A stretch of DNA of 64,000 bases, taken from contig JAWQFM010000024.1 in assembly GCA_033442325.1 (NCBI GenBank), positions 695,716 through 759,715 of the forward strand. The letters run 5' to 3'. This document shows positions 1-28,938 of this stretch, one piece after another. The notes under the pieces are model-generated. The model made no database searches. It saw only the letters and a list, made by a program, of their open reading frames with translations, and had not been told where the DNA came from. The position numbers and the translations under genes were made by a program. Every line of letters begins with the position of its first letter. Position 1 is the stretch's first letter. Source of the stretch: Salpingoeca rosetta (Eukaryota > Protista > Choanoflagellata).

Positions 1-1
1 T

Positions 2-1303
2 CACAACGGCGTCACCCTCATCACCATCACCATCACCATCACCATCACCAACACGACCACCAACACCGCTGCTCCTGCTCCTGCTGCTGCTGCTGCTGTC
101 GTGAGGGCGGCGAGCAGAGGAGCGGGACTGCAGCGACGGCAGCCGCAGTCGCCCCATGCGCGCGCCAACAGCAGCTGCCATGGCGGTTGCTGCCCCTGTT
201 GTGTGGAGCTGTGTAGCGGATGCCCGGCTGCCCGCACGCGTGGGAGGCGGTGGGATGACGCTGATTCGCTCATCGCTGTTGGAGAATGCCGGAACAATGG
301 CAAGGAGGTCTGCGATGAAGGCTGCAAAGGCATGATTGTCCGGCGACAGCTTGGTGCCAGATGCCAACCGCTGGCGCACGAAAAGCAACCGCGGCAGCTC
401 ACTCGTGACAAGCGAGGTGAAGCTGCTCAGCAGCTTAGAGTCGGCGCAGCTGCGAGCGGCCAGGAACACGCGGAGGGTTTGCACGGCCTGTGTGCGCACG
501 TCGTCGGTGATGTTCGAGGAGAGGATGAGGTCGAGCAGCCGGCGGGCGCAGTCCTTGGCCCAGTGTGCAAGCGCAAGCTGGCCTTGGTGCGCCAGGAGGA
601 GCGTGTAGGCGCGACATCCTCTGAGCAACTGCTTGAGTGTGCCAAAGTGGCCTTTGGCGGCGCTGCCAGCAGGGCCGAGCCGCTCCAGCGTGTCGTGGAG
701 GGCGTCCTGGATGTCGTGGCGGTTCTTGGAGTGAATGATGCGCTGCTGAATCAAGGCCGGGCTGTCGCACAGCAGCCACTTGAACAGCTCGACGAGCTTG
801 CACGTGTCCTTGTGAGCCCAAGTGCCCGGCTCTCGGACGGCTGGGAGGCAGATTTGCATGAACTTGTCTATGAGGGCGGCGGACATGCACGCGACGTATG
901 CGTCGTGGATGAAAATGCGGCGCAGGAGGATGTTGACGACGTAGTGGACGCGGGCCGGCTCCTTGAGCCATTGGAGCATCTTCTTGAGGACCTGGTGCAT
1001 GAACTTTTCCGGCAGCATGGTTGTGCCGTGCTGCTTGAAGCGGGCATCTGCGCACTCGAGGATCTTGTTTAGGTGCTCAAACTGGAAGATGGTGGCCGTG
1101 ACGCGGCTGCCGATGTTGCCACAAGACGTCACGTACGGCTCAACGACGTCCTGCCATGTTGGGGTGATGTGGTCCAGGGTGTTGTCGTCGAGGGTGAGCA
1201 GGAGGTCTGCATTCTTCAGCATGTCAAACACATCCTCGCCCGCCTTTTTGGTCTTGGACGATTTCAGCTTCACCAGCTTCTCCTGTAGCGTAAGCAACGA
1301 CAT
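2..1303 (-). CDS. ATM: ATM/Tel1 kinase, N-terminal portion (continues beyond left window edge)
   Basis: ATG at 1303 opens a frame with no stop before the window edge. It reads MSLLTLQEKLVKLKSSKTKKAGEDVFDMLKNADLLLTLDDNTLDHITPTWQDVV...LNKILECADAR...VVNILLRRIFIHDAYVACMSAALIDKFMQICL. This resembles the recalled ATM N-terminus (TAN region; [34 protein letters not shown]). The kinase domain is not in the window. Confidence 0.65.
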   Translation of the reverse strand, partial: MSLLTLQEKLVKLKSSKTKKAGEDVFDMLKNADLLLTLDDNTLDHITPTWQDVVEPYVTSCGNIGSRVTATIFQFEHLNKILECADARFKQHGTTMLPEKFMHQVLKKMLQWLKEPARVHYVVNILLRRIFIHDAYVACMSAALIDKFMQICLPAVREPGTWAHKDTCKLVELFKWLLCDSPALIQQRIIHSKNRHDIQDALHDTLERLGPAGSAAKGHFGTLKQLLRGCRAYTLLLAHQGQLALAHWAKDCARRLLDLILSSNITDDVRTQAVQTLRVFLAARSCADSKLLSSFTSLVTSELPRLLFVRQRLASGTKLSPDNHAFAAFIADLLAIVPAFSNSDERISVIPPPPTRAGSRASATQLHTTGAATAMAAAVGARMGRLRLPSLQSRSSARRPHDSSSSSRSRSSGVGGRVGDGDGDGDGDEGDAVV

Positions 1304-1330
1304 GCCTGCCTCGCTCGCTGCTGACAACAG

Positions 1331-1573
<243 letters not shown>

Positions 1574-1628
1574 TAAGTGAGTGTACGCGTAAGTGAGTGC
1601 ATCAATGGGAGGGAGATCTTGGTTGTAA

Positions 1629-1794
1629 TTGGCGCCAACACCACAACACCGTATCACAACACGACAGTGACATCCAAGACGCACTCTCGTGTGTGATGAA
1701 TGCGGACAGCAAGCAAGCAAAACCCCCCTGCTGCATCACTCACGCACACACTCACTGTCACACTTGTGCGCACACAAACCTTGTTCCCGCCAAA
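1629..1794. promoter_or_regulatory. Two E2F-type sites in the ATM/RTK divergent intergenic region
   Basis: TTGGCGCCAA at 1629-1638 and TTCCCGCCAAA at 1784-1794 fit the E2F consensus TTTSSCGS. Function is untested. Confidence 0.4.
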
Positions 1795-1988
1795 CTCGAC
1801 CACCACTGTCTTTTGTCTCTGTTGTCCGCAATGGAGTGGCAAACCGAAATTTGCCCACCGGCTTGAAGATCGTGATGGTAAAAGAGCCTGCAAGCAAGCC
1901 AAAATGCCTCACAATTCACTTTGACTGTGTGTGCGAGCAAAACGCTTCTTGTGCTTGCAACTCACATCAAGCGAGCACGACGAGCGTC

Positions 1989-12248
<10,260 letters not shown>

Positions 12249-12946
12249 TGTCAAAAGAAGAAAAGAGACTGGAGGAGGAAGGTCTTTGGCGGCAGTTTGC
12301 ATTGCGCGCTCCAACGAGCTGCTGAGCTGGCGGCAGGCATGTCGTCGCTGGTGGCGTTCGTGGACTACTGCCAGTCTGTGCTGGGTGAATGTGGTGTGTC
12401 AATTCTTCAATTTGGTTGGTTGAGTTGTGTTGTTGAGGGGTTCGTGAGTTTGTTCTTCCGTTGCGGTGGTGACTCTGCTTTTCATGTGTGACAAGGTTGA
12501 GTGAGAATGGGCAGTGTAGTGGACAATTGGCACAACGACACGCGGCGTCTACATGATGTTTGTTCTCTGCCTCTTGAGTGCGCATGCTTGTTTGATTCTT
12601 CTCAGCCCACCATCCTACCATCTGTTTTCCTGATGGTTAATTTGCTTTGATGATTGATTCCTTTAGACTTGCCTTGGTTTGAAACTGAGTTGATAGCTGC
12701 CCTTCTTCATCTTTCTTCTTCGTTTATTGATTGTGCCACTCCACCAAGCACACCAGCACACCCCGAACAACGACACAGAAGAAGATTCATGGATTGCGCT
12801 GGTCGTGCGCACCACCGCCCACACCACCACCGCCCAACCGCAACGGTTTACGACAGGACAAAAGAATAGCCGCACAATTCAAGCCAAATTTATTTTTATT
12901 TTTGTTTTGCGGGAAGTCTCACAAGCACGCAAACTGACTGACGATA

Positions 12947-13652
12947 ATGGATGGTGGAGGCGGAGCGGATGTGGAGTGGATCTTGCCGCATGTGTCCTTC
13001 AGCCAAGGTAAGATCGTTGCCATACCACTGTGCATAGACATGGTCAAGAGGGGGGATGAACTTAGAGTGCTGTGCACTCACACACGCACACACACACATA
13101 TGCGCACAAGTGGAGGTTTCATCTTGGCTTGCTTTGTTGTGTGTTTGTTGACTTTCGTCATGTGTGATTGTGTGAGCTCACGACACACACACGCACATAC
13201 ACACTCACACACACTCTCACACACACACACACTCTCTCTCTCTCTCTCTCACGCACACACACACGCCCGCCCACACACACACACACACACACTGTCTCGC
13301 GTCTGCGTTTGTGTGCAGTGACGGCGGCCAAGGCGCGGCGAGGCGCACAGCAAGTAAGTTGGCTCAAACATGTGTGTGTCGGTTGCCCGGTACTAGCCGG
13401 TGTACCCATGCTGCAGGTCTACGCGCAGCACACATCACAATGACACTGTTTCCTTGCCAGTTGATTCGTGTTTCACACGTATACACCTTGTTACAACACC
13501 CAACAGCAGGCGGGAACAATGAACTCCATCATCAAGACCTTGCAAGCAGCGGCAGCGACGGAGGGGGATGAGGATAGCCATGGCGATGGTCCACCCACGC
13601 CTCGCGAATCTTTGAAATGGACGCTGGTGTGTGTATGTGTGTGCATGACCGT

Positions 13653-13684
<32 letters not shown>

Positions 13685-13873
13685 TCGTTCGTGTGTATTC
13701 GTGTGATGANNNNNNNNNNNNNNNNNNNNNNNNNNNNNNNNNNNNNNNNNNNNNNNNNNNNNNNNNNNNNNNNNNNNNNNNNNNNNNNNNNNNNNNNNNN
13801 NNNNNNNNNTGTATGTGTGTGTGCATGACCGTGTGTATGTGTGTATGTGTGTGTTTGTTCGTGTGTGTTCGTG

Positions 13874-13919
<46 letters not shown>

Positions 13920-13920
13920 A

Positions 13921-13992
<72 letters not shown>

Positions 13993-14560
13993 CTGATGAT
14001 GATGACAATGGCGCTTCTGTGTCTGTGACTCTGAACACGAATGCCTGTATTCAAAGCACGTGTTCACCAATTATCTGTGTACGATCGTGTGTGACTTTCC
14101 TTTTCCTGACACCACCCTATGCCAGGCCGCCAATCCCGTGACAATGGAGGCTTGCATGAGCATGTCGCCTCTGTGCGCGCAAGCAAGGTCAGCACATGTC
14201 GTGCAGTTCGTCATCCTGCGTGCCTGATGTGGCATGTTGCACCTGTAATGTCGGCTCAAGAGCCTCCTGGCGTCATTCTCTCGTGCCAACTGCCCTCACT
14301 CACCATACATTCGCCTGTATGCTCCTGCTTTGTACCTTCGTTCTGAATCATGCACCAACCAGGCAAGCGCGACGCGCAGCAGTGCTGGAGATGCAGGGCG
14401 ACATTGCCAATTGGCGTAAGTTCCACAGATGGTTTGCGTGTGCAATTTGTGTGCACGCGTGGGTGTGCACGCGCAAGTATGCTGTCAGCGCGGCAGTTGC
14501 ACAGCACAACCACAACTCGACAGCCATTTTGTTTGCCGCCGCCATCACTCTTCTCACTCC

Positions 14561-14659
<99 letters not shown>

Positions 14660-15629
14660 TCATCTTTGCAATTGTGAAGGTGCGCAACTTGACGCTGCGA
14701 GGCGAAGCCCAACGTCACTGTTTGATGACGCGAATGACAACGACAACGACGATGATGATGACGACGGTGATGACGACGGACACATGAACGAACGCGTCAG
14801 CAGAAGCCAACGCAGGAGGAGGCACAGCAAGGGGGTGCACCATGTTGGAAGAGTCAGTTGTGATGATGGTAACGGTGGTGGTTATGATGGTGGTGGTGGT
14901 GGTGGTGGTGTGGGTGTTGGTGAAGTGATGGACGATGAAGACTCTGAGAATAAGCGCTACGAGAATGTGCCGACATCGCAGGAGCGGGCGCATCACGGTG
15001 GCGGCTCAACGCCATCATCGTGTCACAGCTCGCAGTCCCAGCAACACGCCAAGCCACAACCGCAGCCACAACCACTGCAGCCACCACAACCACGCTTGTC
15101 ACACAAGCAACCGCCAGCAACTGCGAGAATACCCCACCAACCACAACACCACCAACACCAACGAGCGGTGGTTCGACAGCCACAACAGCCACAACAACCA
15201 CAGCACTACGAGGACACGTTTCGAGTGTCGACAGCACACGCGGCGCCTTCAGCATCGTCGTTGCCATCCTCTCAAAACCATCGCCAATTGCACCACCACG
15301 CTACAACCCGCCAACAACACAGCACCAACGCTGGTCCCAGTCAGGCGGGGACGGAGTCGAGGAAGCGAACGTACACGCGAGAAGAGATTGAGGCGAAGAA
15401 GATGAAGGCGATGATCAACAGGAAGCGCATGCAGGCGCTGAGACGCAAGCGTGCCAGGGAACAGCAACGGCTGGCACACACAGCACACACAGCGCGCCAG
15501 CAGCAGTCGCAACACTTGTACGCGTCTGCATCCCAACAACAGCATCAGCGACAACAACACGACTCTCGCCCCTCAAGCCAACAGCAACCACCGCAACTGC
15601 CACAACAGCACAGACACCCAAGGTGGTAA
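12947..15629 (+). CDS. Multi-exon low-complexity protein, possibly ETAA1-like (RPA32C-binding-type C-terminal motif)
   Basis: Six exons join in phase: 12947-13007, 13319-13353, ~13510-13627, 14126-14187, 14363-14415, 14680-15629. The protein has Asp- and Gln/His-rich tracts and the motif TYTREEIEAKKMKAMINRKRMQALRRKR. The gene itself is well supported; its identity is tentative. Confidence 0.6.
13874..14005. repeat. (GAT)n trinucleotide repeat, intronic, just after gap N 13710-13809
   Basis: Seen directly. Confidence 0.95.
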
Positions 15630-15875
15630 CGCGATTGTTGGGGTTGAAGCTGTGTATTTGGCGTCAATGTCATGTCATGTCACATGTTGTTTGCGCACCC
15701 CAGCAGTGTTCTGCGTCTCTTTTTCATCCCCTTCCTGCCTTCCCGTGAGTTAATGGAACTATGAAGTGACATAACATAACACACCACCCTTGTCCTTTTG
15801 GGGGCGTGTGGCTTCTCACTGCGAAATACAAACATAAATGTGCTCACAAGCCCGGAAACTATGAGGAGCGTGCGT

Positions 15876-15926
<51 letters not shown>

Positions 15927-15957
15927 GGGGGGGGGGGGAGTGTTAGAGATAGAGAGA

Positions 15958-16016
<59 letters not shown>

Positions 16017-16661
16017 TGGTGAATTCAGTGTTTCTCCCTGCGTGTATGGTCGAGGGATAAAGGAATGATGTTTCCAGGGTGTTTTACTTCGCCCTGAAAC
16101 TACGAGTGCCTCAATCACAACACCACAGCACAACACACGCGAGGCAAGGACAAACAACCAACACTTGGCTACACACAATGTACCGCTCACACGCGCACAA
16201 ACCACGCAGCAACCAAACTTCTTCGTGAGCCAAGCACCAACCCACCACAAGGAGCGAACAAAACACCAATAGCTTGCAACACAACAACAACAATACCACC
16301 ACGGCTGCAACCGCGCCGCACGACAGACAAACGACGCCAAGGAGGAGAGCAAACTGGTGGGGCAAACAAGCATTTGCATGTTGTCCTGGGGCACGCACAC
16401 GACGGCAGCACTCGGATCGACAAGCCAGCGCGCAAGTGCTGAGAATGAACACCAGCCTGCAAAAAATAAACGCGCTGCCCATCGTGTTGCCGTGCACCAC
16501 CACGCACAGCAAGCGCCACAATTTCACCACCACAGACACCGCCCAAATGCCAAATGACAGCGCCTTCGTCCACGAGTGCAGTAACGACAGCAACAGCGAC
16601 AAGCAAGGACGACGAACAGAGATGAACACGGCGACAACAATGACAACAACGACGGCTTCAG

Positions 16662-18055
16662 TTAGGCCTGTGCAGAGAGCTCCTGCAGGTCAGCAATGCA
16701 CTTGTTCATGATGGCCTCCTCCTGCGCACCAACAGAGAAGCCAAGTCATGACACAAGCAAGGTGAGCGTGCAACATTGGGCGCGCCACGCAGCACAAGCA
16801 CAATGAAAGCAGCCGCAACAGTGGCCGCAGTAGAGGTAGCATGGGCTTACGTTCGGAACAAAGCAAAGCAAAGACGCACTCATGCCAGACACACACACAC
16901 ACGCACACAGAAGGGTGATGCGTACCTTGCCCTTGAGGGCCTTGGGCACCTCCGCGGCGAGGAACTGCACAATCTCGTCCTGCTCGCGCGAGCGGACCGA
17001 GGACTCGATGGACACCATGTTCTCCAGCTGGCCAATAACGTTCTGGTAGGCGGCATACTGCTCCTCGCGGAACGCAAGCTCCCGGCGCATGGCCTCGTAC
17101 TCGCGCACAGCATCGAAAAACTCCGGCACACCCTCCATCGACGTCTTGAGCTGCTTCTGCTCCTCAATCTGTTGCTCCAGGGTGGCAATCTGGGAACGGC
17201 GACCAGCGTTGACAGACTCGAGAATCGCCTACAACGTGCACAAGCGATTGGAAAAGGGGGGGGATGGAAGAGAAGGTGAGCGAGGGTGGACGTTCGTGTG
17301 TGTGTGTGTGTGTGTGCGTGTGTGGGAAGCGGGAGGTGCAGGTGCATCTGCACTCAAGTGCAAGAGCGACTGGTGACAAGTGCTGGGTTTCGCGGTTGGA
17401 CGCACCTGTGCGCGCTCGTCGAGCATGCCGGCGACGTCCTTGCCAGCCTTGCTCATGATGCCATACGTGACGGCACCGACGGCGGCAACGACGACTGTCT
17501 CGTTGTGAAGGATGAGCACCTCCTGGCTCAGGAGGTATGCGCCAATACCGGCAGTCAGGACGGCAGCGCCAGTCTTGCCAGTCTTGTCAGAGACGAGGCT
17601 GTGAGACACGGGCGCAGTCTATGCAGCACGCGTGCGTGAAAGCGTGTGTTTGTGCGTGTGTGTGGGTGTGCGGGAATGTGTGAGAGAGTGTTAATATGTG
17701 TGTGTGTGTGTGTGTGTCAGTATGTGTGTGTGTGTGTTTGCAGAGCGCAGAGCCAAACACTGAGACTTGTGCATTGACGCACGCTCGTCGTGCCTTGGAA
17801 TGCTGTCACGCAAACAAGTAGCCACAAACACTGCCTTGCAAATGTACCTTGAGAGTGCGCTGAGAGGCAGCAAGGGCGCTGCGCTGCACAGGGCAGGCTG
17901 AATGCATGGTTCAAGCATCACAACATCGTCAGCATGAGGGTAAGAGAGTGAAGGAGAAACAGAGAGAGAGAGAGAGAGCGAGCGAGAGAGCATAGCAAGC
18001 TGTGCAATGATGCAACGCTTGTACACTGCTGCGCTGCACACACACACACACACAT

Positions 18056-18095
<40 letters not shown>

Positions 18096-18178
18096 ATACA
18101 CATACACACGCGCGCACACACAAGCAAAAGCACATCGAGCGCACCAGCGACACGGGCGAGGGACCTCAGAGCCATCAT
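16662..18178 (-). CDS. ATP5PB: Mitochondrial ATP synthase Fo subunit b
   Basis: Five exons. Presequence MMALRSLARVAACPVQRSALAASQR, then KTGKTG..GIGAYLLSQEVLILHNET (family motif KTGVTG..YLLSKEIYV..ET), a helical stalk and the C-terminus EEAIMNKCIADLQELSAQA*. Confidence 0.93.
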
Positions 18179-18501
18179 GGTTGAGCGAGGGTGGTGGCGG
18201 CAGAGAGCTGGTCTTGGTGTTGGGGAGGCAAAGTGCTTCAGTGGTTGCAGTGCTTTGCCAAAAACAATTCTATATTTTCAAGGTACCGGTACTGGGTACT
18301 GTTGTGCAATTTGCAAACATAGACTTAAATCAGTTTTTGATGTACAATTGGCAAATCGCAACCAGCACAAACGACAACAAACGACAAGACAAGAAGACAA
18401 CACAGCCGCGGTGCTGGAAGCAGTGTCTCCTTCCTCCTTGTGTGTCTGCCTGTGTATCTGTGGTGGTAGTGGTGGTGGTGGTGCATGGGACGACAGTGAC
18501 G

Positions 18502-25587
<7,086 letters not shown>

Positions 25588-26122
25588 AGCCGTGCCTCTG
25601 TGTGTGTCCGTGGCTGTGTCTCTGTGGTCGCGAGTGGCTGTGTCTGTAGCGCTTGCCTTCGCCAGCCCCTGGCCAGTGTATTACCGTTTGGTGTATGCTT
25701 GATCCTTGTTCCATTGTTCCATTGGCTGGTCGTGGTCGCTTCGCTTTGGCACGATGGCGATTATTATTCCACGTATCACCCACTCCCGCATGTCTTGTTT
25801 CGGTGGCCCGCACTTCGTGTTGGTTGCTTCGCTGTTTCGCACACGTTCATGGCGATGTTTACCTGTCCTTTGCTTTCTTGGTCAGCCAGTATGAGACTTG
25901 TCGTGACAGTTGATTTGGTTACACGCAATACACAACAACAATACACATTACCTGTCTTTCGCGAACATTGCACACAATCACTCCCGGCTCAGTCTCCATC
26001 TCTTCGCCACTGAACGCGTCTTCAGTGATGCACTGCAGTGCCAGAATGTCTTGTCGTTCAGAGTCGTTTAATGGTATGCCCAGACCACGCACACTGTGTG
26101 TGCATGTGTGCATGTGTATCGG

Positions 26123-27997
26123 CTACTCGTCATAAGCCCTGACAAGATCGAACATTGGCAGGTTGACTGCGTCCTCCGCCGTCATCCGCTCGTCCGGATT
26201 GTACCGTACCAGCGCCTACACGCGCAATGCGACATGTTGTGTGTGTGTGTGTGTGTGCGTGTGTGTGAGTGTGTGTGTGTGTGTGTGTGCGTGTGTGTGT
26301 GTGTGTGTGTGTGCGTGTGTGTTGTGCACATTTGGTGATAGTGTGAGTCACATGCAGTACGAAGACCAGAGGAACCACGTTGCAACAAGACAACGCCATG
26401 TGATGTCACAAGATTCAGTCCATGCATACGTTCAAGAGGTGAGCGTCTTCGGCGTTGAGATGAAACGAGTGCGAAAAGGGACTGAGCGGGCGGTTGTTTC
26501 CCTCCAAGAGATCGCAGTGCGGCAGTGACGGCAATGCCGGCCACTCCTCGGCCGTCGGGCACCCGAGGACGCTGTTGATGATGATAGCGGTGACGGTTGG
26601 TGGTAGTCAGTTGTGATTGAGGGTGGTGGTGGTGGTGGTGGTGTTAAGAGGGGTGATATCACAGACAGAGAGGGTGGGGAACAGAGAGACCACGAGTAAC
26701 AAAAGTGGCGGAAGCGACGATACACACGCACACACACACACACACACACTTGTACACGCTCCCTTACCCAGGTCCTTAACGCACTTAATGCTACTTCCTG
26801 CTCGAGCAGCGAGCGCGTGCCGCGATGCCGCATCACTCATCGACATGAAGCTCTCACTCATACTGTGGATGGAACTTTTCTACAGGGTCCGTTTTTCCCG
26901 CTTACATGCAAGCGACCTAAGAGAGTGGATACACTTATGATGGCATAGTGGTGCTCAGAGGGGGACTGTCTAGGTACACGGCTCCCTGAGCTGNNNNNNN
27001 NNNNNNNNNNNNNNNNNNNNNNNNNNNNNNNNNNNNNNNNNNNNNNNNNNNNNNNNNNNNNNNNNNNNNNNNNNNNNNNNNNNNNNNNNNNNNNNNNNNN
27101 NNNNNNNNNNNNNNNNNNNNNNNNNNNNNNNNNNNNNNNNNNNNGTATGTGTGTGTGTGTGCGTGTTCTTTACTTTGTGAGCTTACTTGCATAAAGTGTG
27201 AATGAAATGGAACACAACACAACGACAAAGGACACAATCGACAAAACACAAGCTGTTTTGGACAAGCCAGCACACTCATGTACAAAAGGAAATCGTGCAC
27301 CACCTGTGCGAGATCGCGACTGAGGCCGCGGGGATTGCGGGAGATGTACTCGTGCAGATCCATTGCCATGGCCTCAAACACAAGATAGAACGACCCGCTC
27401 GCATGGAAGAGATGGCGCAGCCTGCAGCAATCATCACACACACACACGCATATGTGAGTGACACACCCGAAACTGTGTGCATGTTGGAGACAAATCATCA
27501 ACACACATATGCACACACACAAACACACACATATGCACAAACACACACACACACATATGTGCACACAATTCAAAGGGGCGTACTGCACGATGTTGGGGTG
27601 CTGGAGGCTCTTCAGCATGGATATCTCGCGGACGAGGAAACTGCACGCAGCGGTGTTGGGTGTTGAGGTGAGTGAACCAATACCTTCGCGTGATGGATGG
27701 ATTGAAGCATGATCGATAGCATGGCAAACAAAGTATCGTTCGGCCATGCACAAACCACCACAACCAAGCACGGCAGAAACCATCAACACAACAGCAACCC
27801 AATTCCTGCAACCAACCAACCAACCAACCAACCCACCAACCAACGACTGACCATGGCAATGATTCGGCGAGACCCGTGACAATCTTGATGGCGACAGGGC
27901 AAGGCGGATTGGCTCCAATGTCGTCTGCCTTGTACACGGTGCCATATGTGCCTCTGCCGATGCGCACAAGGTTTTGATACCGCTCCAAGTTGTCCAT
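26123..27997 (-). CDS. Divergent cyclin-dependent kinase (CMGC/CDK); catalytic-loop exons not visible
   Basis: N-lobe MDNLERYQNLVRIGRGTYGTVYKA...VAIK...ESLPCFLVREISMLKSLQHPNIV...YLVFEAMAMDL. C-lobe VLGCPTAEEWPAL and ALVRYNPDERMTAEDA...RAYDE*. The HRD/DFG/APE exons would fall at gap N 26994-27144. Confidence 0.8.
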
Positions 27998-28371
27998 CGC
28001 CGGGTGTGGAAGGGGGGGGGGTTCGAGTGCACTCCAAAGGACGAGGGCGATGAGGACGAGGACAATGCAGTAAGTGGCAGGCGAGGGAAACCAATTCTGC
28101 GACGTGGGAGATGGGTCTGAGGTGGTGGGAAAAGGAACGACTGGACTACTCTGATGGTGGCCTATCCGAATGAGCAAAAAGCTTACCACTCAGCCCCTGA
28201 GCAAGCCAACAGGTGAGTAAGCAAGCAAGCACGCCAGTGAGTGTGATTGTGACGTGATGAGCAGGAGCAGCGAGCAGACAGTCAAAACCAACAACAAGAG
28301 CAAGAAGAGAGAGGTGGCGATTGTCCTCTTTGAAAAAAACACCCATAGGAATGCCACGCACTCACCCACAA

Positions 28372-28410
<39 letters not shown>

Positions 28411-28938
28411 TGATGGTGTTCACTGACCCGACAACGCAAGGAAGCAAGAAGGCGGACACGCGCATATGAAACCAAAGAACGACTCACCCAATCAACGAAT
28501 CACGCTCACGCGCAACCCAAGCTCTTTGACCAACCACCCACAACACAACACAACCAACCAATGAAAGAAGGGCAAAAAAGCAAAGCAGAAGAAGATGCGC
28601 CACCACAACACGGACACGACGCGAACACAACACTGATTTGGGTCGATTCGCGTTGGTGCGCGCACTGTCCTGCGTCTGTCGAAAGTTGTGGGTAATCTTA
28701 AGCGGATCCTCCACAACCACCTCGAAAATAAAAATAGTGAAAATTCTCGGCCTCCACTCTGCTGCCAACTCTCCTCTTCTTCTTCGCTGCTTCCAACAAC
28801 CAACCTCTTGCTTGCTTGCTTGCTGTGGTGGAACGACCCCGCACACACGACTGCCTCTGCTGTTGCCTCTGTTGTTGTCTCTGTTGTTTGCTTGTGGACC
28901 ATTGTTGTGTTCTGTGAGAGTGTTCAGCCAGAGCCAAC

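Noticed and set aside
101-1072. 323-aa plus-strand ORF
   Set aside because: It lies in the same codon phase as the minus-strand ATM-like frame and is an antisense shadow with no recognisable motifs.
13631-13878. Near-duplicate sequence on both sides of the 100-N gap
   Set aside because: It is low-complexity intronic sequence, probably a collapsed repeat or contig overlap, with no functional signal.
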